A stretch of 64,000 nucleotides of DNA from Candidatus Obscuribacteraceae bacterium (lineage in GTDB: Bacteria; Cyanobacteriota; Vampirovibrionia; Obscuribacterales; Obscuribacteraceae): contig JBGASG010000009.1 of NCBI GenBank assembly GCA_044229845.1, positions 32,001 to 96,000 on the forward strand. Direction: 5' to 3'. Position numbers and translations under genes: made by a program. The stretch's first letter is position 1. The number at the start of each line of letters is the position of its first letter. The notes beneath the pieces are model-generated. The model was not told where the DNA came from. It searched no databases and worked only from the letters and a program-made list of their open reading frames with translations. Shown one piece after another: positions 1 through 8,853 of the stretch.

Positions 1-126
1 CAGCATGTGGGCGCCCAGCTTTCTGTAGGAGGAACCTTGAATGTCGACAATCGAGAAAAGCAGCGCCGGTTCGCCTGCTTCTGCGAACTCTTGCTTGAGT
101 GTATGGAGATTTTGCCAGTCGCTCAT
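1..126 (-). CDS. XdhC/CoxI-family molybdenum cofactor insertion chaperone (PaoD-like), 5' part only; runs off the window
   Basis: Manual translation from ATG at 126 gives MSDWQNLHTLKQEFAEAGEPALLFSIVDIQGSSYRKLGAHML. The GSSYRxxGAxML motif is typical of XdhC, and the gene follows the Mo subunit. Confidence 0.8.
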   Translation of the reverse strand, partial: MSDWQNLHTLKQEFAEAGEPALLFSIVDIQGSSYRKLGAHML

Positions 127-143
127 CTTATGTAATAACCAGT

Positions 144-2381
144 TTAGCCCATCAACTTATCGAGGGAAATCGGTAGATCGCGGACACGCACTCCGGTGGC
201 GTTGTAGACGGCATTGGCGACAGCTGCTGCCGCGCCTGTGATGCCGATTTCGCCGATGCCGTGACCGCCCAGTGGGTTCGCTTTGTAATCGGGAATTTGC
301 ACGAACTCGACATGCAGATCTGGAATATCGGCATGCACCGGTACGTGATACTCGGCAAAGTCGGCATTCATGGTGCGTCCGTAGCGAGGATCCATGAGGC
401 TTTCTTCCATGAGGGCCATGCCGACTCCCATGATGATGCCACCATAGATCTGGCTGACCGCCGTTTTCATGTTGAATATTTTGCCGCCATCGATGACGGC
501 TACCCAGCGGCTGATGCGCACCGAACCAAAATCCGGATCGACTTTGACTTCGCAGAAGTGCGCTCCAAATGAGTGCATCGAGTATTTGCCGGCCTCCGGA
601 TTGAGGTTTTCGACCGACCGGGCATCCAGTTCGGTTTTGCCGCTGCGCTTCAAGATTTCTACGTAGCGGTCGGTTTTGGTGCTGTCGGTTTTGCTTTGCA
701 AGCCGCCGTTGTGTGCTTCTATATCTGCCGGCTTCATGCCGTGCAAAGGCGATTTGCCGTCGGCAACAGCCAGAGCGATCATTTTGTGCACCAGCTTGTC
801 GCAGGCGTCTTTGACCGCCGTGCCCACGCAGGTCGCCGAAGTGGACCCGCCTGATACTCCAGCCGGAGGCAGTCTGGTATCACCCAGCTCGAAGGTGATT
901 TTATCCATCGGCAGTGCCAGTTCGTCGGCGGCAATCTGCGTCATGATCGTGTAGGTGCCGGTACCGATATCCTGAGATCCGGACTGCACCGTGGCATGTC
1001 CGTTTTGCGCGATGACGGCGCGCGCGTGAGAGGGAAACGCCCAGACCGGATATGTGGCGGTAGCCATGCCCATGCCCACCAGGAGTCCGCTGTCATCATG
1101 CACGGAGCGCGGCTTGGGATTGCGTTTGTCCCAACCAATTTTTTGAGCGCCCAGTTCGTAGCACCGGCGCAGATTCTTATTCGAATACGGAAGATTGTTT
1201 TCTTCGTCCTTTTCCGAATAATTGATCAGGCGTACCTGAATCGGATCGATATCGGCTGCCGCCGCCAGTTCGTCCATAGCCGATTCCAGAGCGAATGTGC
1301 CTGGGGTCTCCCCTGGTGCGCGCATCCATGTAGGTTTGCCGATGCTCTGTTTCACCAGCCGATGGGTGGTTTGGACATTGGGGCAGGAATAGAGGAAACG
1401 GGTGACGATCGCGCAGTTCTCGACAAACTCGTCGAACTCCGAAACTTCCATGCGCGCATTATGTATGATCGCCGTCAGCTTGCCTGACTTGTCGGCGCCC
1501 ATGCGTATTTGCTGGGAAGTGTACGGACGAAACCCGACCGGACCGAAGGTCTGGGTACGTTTCATGTTGAGGCACACAGGCACCTTGGCTATTTTGGCTG
1601 CCAGTGCCGTCAGTGGCGTGTTCGACCAGACCGAACCCTTGCATCCGAAGCCGCCACCGGTGTAGGGGCAGATGACCCGCACGTTTTCCGGCGGTATATG
1701 GAAGATTGCCGCCAGTCGCGATTGAGCTCCGGATACACCCTGTGTGGCGTCCCAGACCGTCAACTTATCGCCTTCCCACATGGCGGTGGTGGCATGCGGT
1801 TCCATCGGGCAATGCACTTCGCGCGGGGTCGAATACGTATGGTGAAACTTGACCGGAGCGCCTTGCCAATTTTTCTGCGCGTCACCTCGGGAAGTGTCGG
1901 TTTTGATGCCCAGTCCGGCGTTGTCCGCCGGTGCATATTCAGGTGGTGAGCTGCTTGGGTCGTGGACGTTGACGATTGGCTTTTCTTCCTTATATGTGAC
2001 CTTGACGAGAGCAGCTGCCTGGCAGGCGATCTCGTATGTGTCGGCAACCACCACGCCGATATTCTGGCGGTCATGAAATATCTTGTTGCTTTGCAGCAAA
2101 TTGAGTTCGTTGTCGAACATTCCCGACTTGCCGACTTTGTTGTTGCCTGAATTTTTGTGAGTGACGACTGCGATCACCCCGGGCAGTTTGAGCGCCTGAC
2201 TATCGTCGATGGCTTCCATGGTGCCGCGAGCGATGGTGCTCTGCAGGAGCACTCCATATTTGACACCTTCGGGAAGATGCTCGGCGGCATACTTTGCCTG
2301 TCCGGTGACTTTCGCTCGTCCGTCGACTCTGTTCAGAGGTTTGCCGAGGACGGCAGCTTGAATCTTTTCGTCGGTCTTCAT
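144..2381 (-). CDS. Xanthine dehydrogenase-family molybdopterin-binding subunit (PaoC/YagR-like)
   Basis: 745 aa with motifs RVDGRAKVTGQAKY, GGGFGCK, MRAPGE, QDIGTG, SGGS, QIYGG and GIGEIG. Confidence 0.95.
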   Translation of the reverse strand: MKTDEKIQAAVLGKPLNRVDGRAKVTGQAKYAAEHLPEGVKYGVLLQSTIARGTMEAIDDSQALKLPGVIAVVTHKNSGNNKVGKSGMFDNELNLLQSNKIFHDRQNIGVVVADTYEIACQAAALVKVTYKEEKPIVNVHDPSSSPPEYAPADNAGLGIKTDTSRGDAQKNWQGAPVKFHHTYSTPREVHCPMEPHATTAMWEGDKLTVWDATQGVSGAQSRLAAIFHIPPENVRVICPYTGGGFGCKGSVWSNTPLTALAAKIAKVPVCLNMKRTQTFGPVGFRPYTSQQIRMGADKSGKLTAIIHNARMEVSEFDEFVENCAIVTRFLYSCPNVQTTHRLVKQSIGKPTWMRAPGETPGTFALESAMDELAAAADIDPIQVRLINYSEKDEENNLPYSNKNLRRCYELGAQKIGWDKRNPKPRSVHDDSGLLVGMGMATATYPVWAFPSHARAVIAQNGHATVQSGSQDIGTGTYTIMTQIAADELALPMDKITFELGDTRLPPAGVSGGSTSATCVGTAVKDACDKLVHKMIALAVADGKSPLHGMKPADIEAHNGGLQSKTDSTKTDRYVEILKRSGKTELDARSVENLNPEAGKYSMHSFGAHFCEVKVDPDFGSVRISRWVAVIDGGKIFNMKTAVSQIYGGIIMGVGMALMEESLMDPRYGRTMNADFAEYHVPVHADIPDLHVEFVQIPDYKANPLGGHGIGEIGITGAAAAVANAVYNATGVRVRDLPISLDKLMG

Positions 2382-3364
2382 GCTTTTTGCAGCTCCTGGT
2401 AAGCTCTAACAATGGTGCGCTTGGACAGCTCGATTTTGAACTTGTTGTGACTGCGCGGCACGGCATCGGACAGTGCCAGCTCTGCAGCCGCTCGATAGGA
2501 GGCTGTTTCGGCGGACTTGCCTTGCAAGTCGCTTTCTGATTTCTGGCATCTCCAGGGTTTAGTGCCGACGCCGCCCAACGCCAGGCGCGCTTCTTTGATT
2601 TTGCCGCCATCGGTAACCAGCGCCACCGCCGCTGATGTGAGAGCGAAGGAGAAGGAAGCCCGGTCGCGCACCTTGTGATAGTGAGAATGGCGTGCCAGAT
2701 CGCTCTTGGCGATCTCAACGGCGGTGATTATTTCGTGGGGTTTGAGAACGGTCTCGATCTCGGGGTTTTTGCCGGGCAATGTATGAAACTCGATCAGCGG
2801 AATTTCTCTGTGGCTGCTGCCGTCATGTACCCGCACCACGGCATCCAGTGCCGCCAGTGCCACGCACATATCGGAGGGGTGGGCGGCTATACATTCATCG
2901 CTGGTGCCCAGCACTGCGTGCATGCGGTTGAAACCATCGATGGCGGGGCAGCCGCTGCCTGGGCGGTTTTTATTGCAAGACATGACCGGATCGCGGAAGT
3001 AGCAGCAGCGAGTGCGCTGCATGAGATTTCCGGCTACTGTTGCCGCATTGCGTAGTTGCGGTGAAGCGCCGGACAAGATTGCCTGGCTCAAGACGGGAAA
3101 CTCGCTTTGAATCAACGCGTGATGCGCCACCGCCGAGTTGCTGGCACCGCCGCTGATGACCACGGTTTTTCCGCTGTCTTTCACCGCCGACGATTCGCCG
3201 CTGCTCTTGCGCACGTCAATCAGTTGCGGCGGCGCCATAACGTCCAGTTTCATCAAATCGACAAGACACGTGCCGCCACCGAGGAAGATACCGCCGCCCG
3301 AAGCTTTCTGTTTTGACGAAGCGTCGGACGGGTCGTTGGCTTTCACGTATGAAAATGGTTGCAT
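2378..3364 (-). CDS. Xanthine dehydrogenase-family FAD-binding subunit (PaoB/YagS-like)
   Basis: Start set at MQPFSY (ATG 3364, overlapping the upstream TGA). Motifs GGGTCLVDLMK, ASPQLRNAATVAGNL, Cys insert RCCYFRD..CNK..GSGC, HPSD and KVRDRASF. Confidence 0.93.
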   Translation of the reverse strand: MQPFSYVKANDPSDASSKQKASGGGIFLGGGTCLVDLMKLDVMAPPQLIDVRKSSGESSAVKDSGKTVVISGGASNSAVAHHALIQSEFPVLSQAILSGASPQLRNAATVAGNLMQRTRCCYFRDPVMSCNKNRPGSGCPAIDGFNRMHAVLGTSDECIAAHPSDMCVALAALDAVVRVHDGSSHREIPLIEFHTLPGKNPEIETVLKPHEIITAVEIAKSDLARHSHYHKVRDRASFSFALTSAAVALVTDGGKIKEARLALGGVGTKPWRCQKSESDLQGKSAETASYRAAAELALSDAVPRSHNKFKIELSKRTIVRAYQELQKA

Positions 3365-3954
3365 CAGGCATTCCCCCGCACTTGTTGAATGGCTGCGATG
3401 ATGTTGGGATAGGCGCCGCAACGGCAGATATTGCCGCTCATACATTCCCGCACTTCGTTGTCGGATTTGCCGCATGGCTCTTTGAGCAGGGCTACCGCCG
3501 ACATGATCTGTCCAGGGGTGCAGTATCCGCATTGAAATCCGTCATGCTCGATAAATGCGGTTTGCATGGCATGCAGATCTTCGCCGTCTGCCAGCCCCTC
3601 GATGGTAGTGATCTCGTCGCCGTCGTGCATGACTGTCAGGGTCAGGCACGACTTGATGCGCTCGCCGTTCACCAGTACTGTACATGCGCCGCATTGCCCA
3701 TGATCGCAGCCCCTCTTGGAGCCGGTCAGGCGCAGATCGTGCCGCAGAAAATCCAGCAGCGTCATGCGCGTGTCGACTGAGACTTTTTGCGAATTACCGT
3801 TGACCTTGAGTGTCACTTGTTGCATCGAAACACCTTTGACTTTGAATTCCTGCCCCGGCTGTGCCCAGCCTGCAGTGCGCGAAAAACCACTGCCCAGCAA
3901 GCCGACTGACAAGGCAAGACGATTGAACATACGTCTGCTGATTCTCTTGCGCAT
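3364..3954 (-). CDS. [2Fe-2S] subunit with twin-arginine signal (PaoA/YagT-like)
   Basis: GCDHGQCGACTV, QCGYCTPGQ and GNICRC motifs; N-terminal SRRMF Tat-like motif. Confidence 0.93.
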   Translation of the reverse strand: MRKRISRRMFNRLALSVGLLGSGFSRTAGWAQPGQEFKVKGVSMQQVTLKVNGNSQKVSVDTRMTLLDFLRHDLRLTGSKRGCDHGQCGACTVLVNGERIKSCLTLTVMHDGDEITTIEGLADGEDLHAMQTAFIEHDGFQCGYCTPGQIMSAVALLKEPCGKSDNEVRECMSGNICRCGAYPNIIAAIQQVRGNA

Positions 3955-4014
3955 TTCAGCTCCGGCCGCGATGAAAGCGCACGATCATAGCATGATCAGA
4001 GTGTTGTTAAGTAC

Positions 4015-4623
4015 TCAAGAAGCGACTCTGCCACTTGACTCCTGGGCGCAGTCAGGGCAGCGTTTGCCGCCTCTGCAGCGGGTGGCGATGCCGGCTTGCC
4101 AGACATGCTTGGGATTTTTTCGGCACTGCCACCAGACACTTTTGTGGGAGCGAGCCGAAATGTAATCGGGAGTCAACGATCCGTTGAGCATGTAGTGCCA
4201 CTCGAAAGACAGAGAAGGATTTGATTGCGCAAGTGAGACTTTGTCTTTGCGTTTGACTTTGCGATTGGTGTCACTGATGGTGGCGTCAGGTGTAATAGAG
4301 CTGGTGGTGGCAGAGGCAAGTTTTTGCCTGGGTTCGGGTTTCGTCGCCGGTGCTGGTTTTTTCAAAGCTGCGCAAGCTGGACAGCCCTTGTTTCCGAAGA
4401 CGCGGCTGGCGATCGGCAGGCGATAATCGTCATGTCCGCGACGGCAGCGCCACCAGGCTCGAACCAGCGACGCAACCGAGAAGTCGTCCGGCTGCCATCC
4501 GCAGTTGCGTGTGGGCGACCACTCTCCCGCCAGATAACCGTGTGACTGGGAGAATGATTTGCAGCTGGAAACCGGCGCTGGCTGCGCCACATCTTCGATA
4601 TCGATGAAACTGGAGAGAGCCAT
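4015..4623 (-). CDS. Protein with two treble-clef zinc-ribbon (DUF4379-like) repeats
   Basis: Two units of EW..N..P......S...WWxC..H.....R....CPxC. Confidence 0.8.
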   Translation of the reverse strand: MALSSFIDIEDVAQPAPVSSCKSFSQSHGYLAGEWSPTRNCGWQPDDFSVASLVRAWWRCRRGHDDYRLPIASRVFGNKGCPACAALKKPAPATKPEPRQKLASATTSSITPDATISDTNRKVKRKDKVSLAQSNPSLSFEWHYMLNGSLTPDYISARSHKSVWWQCRKNPKHVWQAGIATRCRGGKRCPDCAQESSGRVAS

Positions 4624-4849
4624 GGCGGAAATGACCCCCGAGCCGGAAAAGGCATATGTACTTCTATCCTACGCCTTAAATCTGAAATCCGTAAGAGCAG
4701 CACAAGTGCCGAAAACTTGGGGGTCTGCGCCCGGAAATGCCCTTTCTGATGCGGGTTCCAACAGGGCTGTTGGAAATCTGCGTGGTAGAACAAAGTTATA
4801 TAGACCTTTGGGGACATTTCTCTCTCGCCTGAAGGCAAACAGGAGACCT

Positions 4850-5077
4850 ATGGAAGGTAACAGAGCCAGCAATCAAAGTGACGGATGTGAGCTGACCATC
4901 AACGTCGATAAGGCTGCGGCGCCCAAGGTAAGACGGCTTACTTGCCAGAGTGCCAAGCCATCTCTGGACTCGCCCTGTTGGTGGAGTTGCAACGACAACG
5001 AGCAGCACGTCTGGTTTGCGGCGGTAAGCCCAAACCAAGAAGAGCTGCGTTGTCCGTTTTGCACCACTAAAAACTGA
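4850..5077 (+). CDS. Small protein with one zinc-ribbon (DUF4379-like) unit
   Basis: AGGAG RBS before ATG 4850; 75 aa containing WWSCNDNEQHVW...CPFC. Confidence 0.65.
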   Translation: MEGNRASNQSDGCELTINVDKAAAPKVRRLTCQSAKPSLDSPCWWSCNDNEQHVWFAAVSPNQEELRCPFCTTKN

Positions 5078-5079
5078 GG

Positions 5080-5568
5080 CTATCTGGGACGAGCGTTAGT
5101 AGTTGTAGTGAAGCGATAAGCGGTCACTTGACCGGTGCGTGTGTTGACCAGTGAGAAGACACCCTCGTCGTTCAGCTTGGCGCGGTAGGGCGAGCCATCC
5201 AGGTAGACGTCATTGAGAGCCATGGTGGCTTGGCGCATTGCCACCGGGTCGTTTGTGCGCCCGTTCATGACGACGCCTAACAAGTGCAGAATGCTCGGGT
5301 GATCGGGCGGCGCCCCGGCGATCAATTTATCGCCCAGGGCGCGGGCCTGGCGATTGACCTCGAAGAGCGGATCACAAAATGTGGTGGTAGCGGCGGCCGC
5401 CAGGATGCTCAGATCGGTGGACAGATTGGCCACTTGCACGGGATTGTCTCCCTGTGTCTGAGCGGCACCAGGGGCAGTGCCTACCACGGCTAGAAAATTC
5501 AGTCGGTCGGATGCGACCGGGGTGTATGTCGGAATCGCAGATGATTCACTCTGCTCGTAAGCAGTCAT
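5080..5568 (-). CDS. Hypothetical protein
   Basis: AGGAG RBS upstream of ATG 5568 (MTAYEQ); in tandem with neighbouring minus-strand genes. Confidence 0.65.
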   Translation of the reverse strand: MTAYEQSESSAIPTYTPVASDRLNFLAVVGTAPGAAQTQGDNPVQVANLSTDLSILAAAATTTFCDPLFEVNRQARALGDKLIAGAPPDHPSILHLLGVVMNGRTNDPVAMRQATMALNDVYLDGSPYRAKLNDEGVFSLVNTRTGQVTAYRFTTTTNARPR

Positions 5569-5581
5569 AGTATTTCTCCTT

Positions 5582-6040
5582 TTAGTATGGTTGGTTGCGT
5601 TCAAGTCGGCTACGCACGTGGTCACGGATCCGGCTTTGCAAGTGGCGTGGCGTGCTTTCGTTATTCAGTTGCGACATCAGGAATTGCAGGGGTTGAGCGC
5701 TTATGATGTGCTCGAGGGCCCCCTCGACTCGACGGCGTTGCTCCAGGGTTAGCGTGCCTGACTCCCGGGCGTTGGCCAGGTGCGCAGCCGCGGGCCAGCC
5801 CATTCTCTCGGCTGCTTGTGTGGCACGCTCACGTGTCGGCCAGTGTGAGCTGTCCATGCTGGCAATCAACTGGTAGACTCGCTGGGCATTGGCAAGGGAC
5901 GCAGCATTGCCGAGCGCCGCCTCGAACGTATTGGACGAGGTCATCAAGGACAGATACTCGTTGAGCAAAGGTACCGTTGCTCGCGATTCAGGCGGGCGAG
6001 GCGCTGCTTCGCGCTCTGGTTGTTGCATGTTGCCGTCCAT
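5582..6040 (-). CDS. Hypothetical protein
   Basis: 152 aa ORF with GAGAGGAG RBS; closely packed between neighbours. Confidence 0.65.
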   Translation of the reverse strand: MDGNMQQPEREAAPRPPESRATVPLLNEYLSLMTSSNTFEAALGNAASLANAQRVYQLIASMDSSHWPTRERATQAAERMGWPAAAHLANARESGTLTLEQRRRVEGALEHIISAQPLQFLMSQLNNESTPRHLQSRIRDHVRSRLERNQPY

Positions 6041-6056
6041 GTGCTGCGCTCCTCTC

Positions 6057-6698
6057 TTATCGTGGTGTCACTCGCTGGAATACCTGGTTGCGTGGACCGC
6101 CGGGATTATTGGCTGCCGGAGACACTATGTATTCGTTGCGTCCGTCGAAGAAACGTGTGACGCCCTGTGCGTCTGCGATCACCCACTGACCGCCGCGAAA
6201 ACTGTATTGCGTTTCGCCGCCGCCGCCCATGAACATTCGCGGCTTTTTGATCATCTGATCGTTGACCTGATTGACAGGCGTGACGCGCACTGCCTGATCC
6301 GTTTCGTAGCCGCCGTTGGGAAGCAGAGTCAGTGTCGGTCCGTTCGCCCCTAACTGAATCTGTTCTGCGCCCTGGAAGCGCGTCAGTCGAAATGCGTTGT
6401 CGCCGGCTGTGATTACCTGTGGAACCTCCGGCGTCTCGGCGGCATCATTCGGTCCGGCCACGGCACCACCGGGTCCGGGACCCATCGCGCGGGCCACGAC
6501 ATTCTCCGGTGCCGGTGCGTTGCCGGCACCACCTGGCGCTGCCGGTGCTTCCATCGGAGCCGCCGGCGGTGCCGGTTGCACGACCGCGACATCAAATCTG
6601 GTGGCAGTTACTTCCGTCAAGAGCGCGTTGTGCGCCTCGGCAGCTGCGGCTGCGGTTTGCTGGTAAACTAGCGATTCAAAATTCTCTACTTCGGCCAT
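6057..6698 (-). CDS. Hypothetical protein with Pro/Ala/Gly-rich linker and beta-rich C-terminus
   Basis: GAGG upstream of ATG 6698 (MAEVENF). Confidence 0.65.
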   Translation of the reverse strand: MAEVENFESLVYQQTAAAAAEAHNALLTEVTATRFDVAVVQPAPPAAPMEAPAAPGGAGNAPAPENVVARAMGPGPGGAVAGPNDAAETPEVPQVITAGDNAFRLTRFQGAEQIQLGANGPTLTLLPNGGYETDQAVRVTPVNQVNDQMIKKPRMFMGGGGETQYSFRGGQWVIADAQGVTRFFDGRNEYIVSPAANNPGGPRNQVFQRVTPR

Positions 6699-6843
6699 TG
6701 GTTTGTCCTCGAAAAACCCATGCCCGCAGCTTAGGCGAAGCGCTTGCCTGTAGCGATATTGCAAGCCGCACAGTTGCTGAGGCATGCCACGAAGCCGGAA
6801 TGCCGTAATGAGCAGGCGTCCACTGCACAAATGTGCAGACGCA

Positions 6844-8853
6844 CTATTTGCCTGATTTCAACGTCTGCTTGCGAGCTTCACGCGCTCGATTCAGATAGAT
6901 GTGTTGGGGAAAACTTTTGGGTGCATCCGACCAGTATTGCTGCGCCCGCGCGAGACATTGGTCTCCGTGGGTTATGTCATGCGCCGGATAAAAGCAGAGT
7001 GCTCGCTGCAACTCGATGTAGCCGAGATAGTGACGCCGGGTCAAATGGTCTACAATTTTCTCTGCGATCGGAAGCGAACTGGCGAAGGTGCGCTCAGCTG
7101 CGGCGTATTGGTGGCGGTCGTGTTCAATCTGTCCCTTCAGGTGCACGATGCGGCATAGAGCGGAGGGGCTTCGCTCTGCCGGCTTGAGTTTACTCTTCCC
7201 TTGTTGCAGGTCTTTCAGAAGAGTCTCTGCTGCTTTGAGTTTCTTCTCCATGCAGAGCACCTCCGCCAGAGCCAGCGTGCCGGCAAAGACCAAACCGGAG
7301 TTATCGCCGGGCGCCCGCCGCGCGTAGTCGAGAGCTTTTCGGCGCGACAGCTCGGCTTGCGACTGACGCTGCAGTGCTGACTGCGCTCTTGCTACGCGCG
7401 ACCAGCCGGCAAAGCATTGTTGGTATGCCGTGAACGGAGGTGGTCCGTCCAGGGCTTGAAATTCGTTCTCCCAGAGACTGGTAGCTTCCTGGGCACACAG
7501 CAGCGCCTTTTCCTCTTCGAAAATATTGGTCCACGCATCGGCTTGTTGGTAGGCCACGGTGGCACGATAGCCGGGATTGAAGCGGGCGCTCCGGGCTGAA
7601 ACCTCATCGAGAAGCTTGAGTGGAGTTTGGTAGTCTCCGGTTTCGCCCAGCGCTCGCGCCAGCGCTAACTTGATATCGCAGGAAAGCAATTGATCGACGG
7701 GCAGTCTATGGGCATCAGCTAGTTCGTTGGCTCGCTGAAGATGTTTGACGGCCTCGGCAGGCTGCGCCGTATCGAGCAATTGAACGCCGCGCAGATAGGC
7801 TTGTCGCGGTTCGCCAGCGGCTGGCGGGGGTGGCGTATTGTCACCCCAGTGCGTGCCATTGTAATAGTTGACCACCGCCAGCAGCATCACTGCACCACAA
7901 ATGGTACCAATCACCCCGGACCACCGCCGGCGAATTTTGGTGCCGCTGCCGGCATCCAGCCGGTCGCCGGAGAGTCTGGCTGGTGCACTGCGTGGTGGGG
8001 TACCAGCCAGCAGAGCTTCCAGATCCTCGCGCAGCTCGTTGGTGTTGCCGTAGCGGCGAGACGGTTGTTTGGCCAGACACTTAGCGATGATGTGTTGTTG
8101 GTCGCGACTGAGCGAATTCCATTTCGCAGAGCGGGAGATGGGGTCGTTCATGTGTTGGAACATGACGGCAACGCCATTGTCGGCGAGAAACGGGGCTTCG
8201 CCCGTGAAGCACTCGAAAAGCACGCAGCCCAGAGCGTAGATATCGGTACCTGCTCCTACCGGCAGACCCATGCACTGTTCAGGGCTCATGTAGAGGACAC
8301 TGCCGATAGCCATTCCGGTTTGCGTGAGCTTTTGCTGACCGTCTATGCCGGTGATTTTCGCGACTCCAAAGTCGATCAGTTTTATGTGCGGTTCAGAGCT
8401 GGTGCTGTCGGCGCACTCGATCAAGATGTTTGACGGTTTGATGTCGCGGTGAAAAATGTCTTGTGCGTGTGCATGGGCTAGCGCCAGGCAGACTTGAATG
8501 CAGATCTGCAGCGTCAGCTTCTGGTCGAGGATGCTGCCGTTTTCGGGAAGTAGTTCATGCAGGCTGCGCCCGGACAGCCTTTCCATTGCTATATACGGAT
8601 AGCTCTTCCATGAACCGTAAGCGTAAAACTGCACGATGTTTGAGTGGGATAGCCGGCTGAGAATCCGGGCCTCGCGCTCGAATCTGGCTTGTTCGCGGGG
8701 GTCTGCGCTGGGCGCGTAGGTGAGAAACTTGAGGGCGACCAGACGATCGACGCTCACTTGGCGGCATTCATAGACGACCCCCATGCCACCAGATCCGATG
8801 CTTCTCTGGATTTCGAATTTGTTATCAATGATGGCGCCGGCTGGTATGAACAT
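6844..8853 (-). CDS. Hanks-type Ser/Thr kinase with TM segment and TPR-like C-terminus
   Basis: GSGGMG, VALK, HRDIKPSN, DFG, YMSPEQ and DIYALG motifs; start ATG 8853 overlaps the upstream stop. Confidence 0.93.
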   Translation of the reverse strand: MFIPAGAIIDNKFEIQRSIGSGGMGVVYECRQVSVDRLVALKFLTYAPSADPREQARFEREARILSRLSHSNIVQFYAYGSWKSYPYIAMERLSGRSLHELLPENGSILDQKLTLQICIQVCLALAHAHAQDIFHRDIKPSNILIECADSTSSEPHIKLIDFGVAKITGIDGQQKLTQTGMAIGSVLYMSPEQCMGLPVGAGTDIYALGCVLFECFTGEAPFLADNGVAVMFQHMNDPISRSAKWNSLSRDQQHIIAKCLAKQPSRRYGNTNELREDLEALLAGTPPRSAPARLSGDRLDAGSGTKIRRRWSGVIGTICGAVMLLAVVNYYNGTHWGDNTPPPPAAGEPRQAYLRGVQLLDTAQPAEAVKHLQRANELADAHRLPVDQLLSCDIKLALARALGETGDYQTPLKLLDEVSARSARFNPGYRATVAYQQADAWTNIFEEEKALLCAQEATSLWENEFQALDGPPPFTAYQQCFAGWSRVARAQSALQRQSQAELSRRKALDYARRAPGDNSGLVFAGTLALAEVLCMEKKLKAAETLLKDLQQGKSKLKPAERSPSALCRIVHLKGQIEHDRHQYAAAERTFASSLPIAEKIVDHLTRRHYLGYIELQRALCFYPAHDITHGDQCLARAQQYWSDAPKSFPQHIYLNRAREARKQTLKSGK

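Noticed and set aside
144..3954. Tat-exported molybdoenzyme operon as a novel system
   Set aside because: It matches the well-described PaoABCD/YagTSRQ organisation.
4559..4849. Upstream extension of the 4559-5077 ORF and overlapping ORF 4362-4838
   Set aside because: These overlap the divergent zinc-ribbon gene and its promoter region; an RBS supports ATG 4850 instead.
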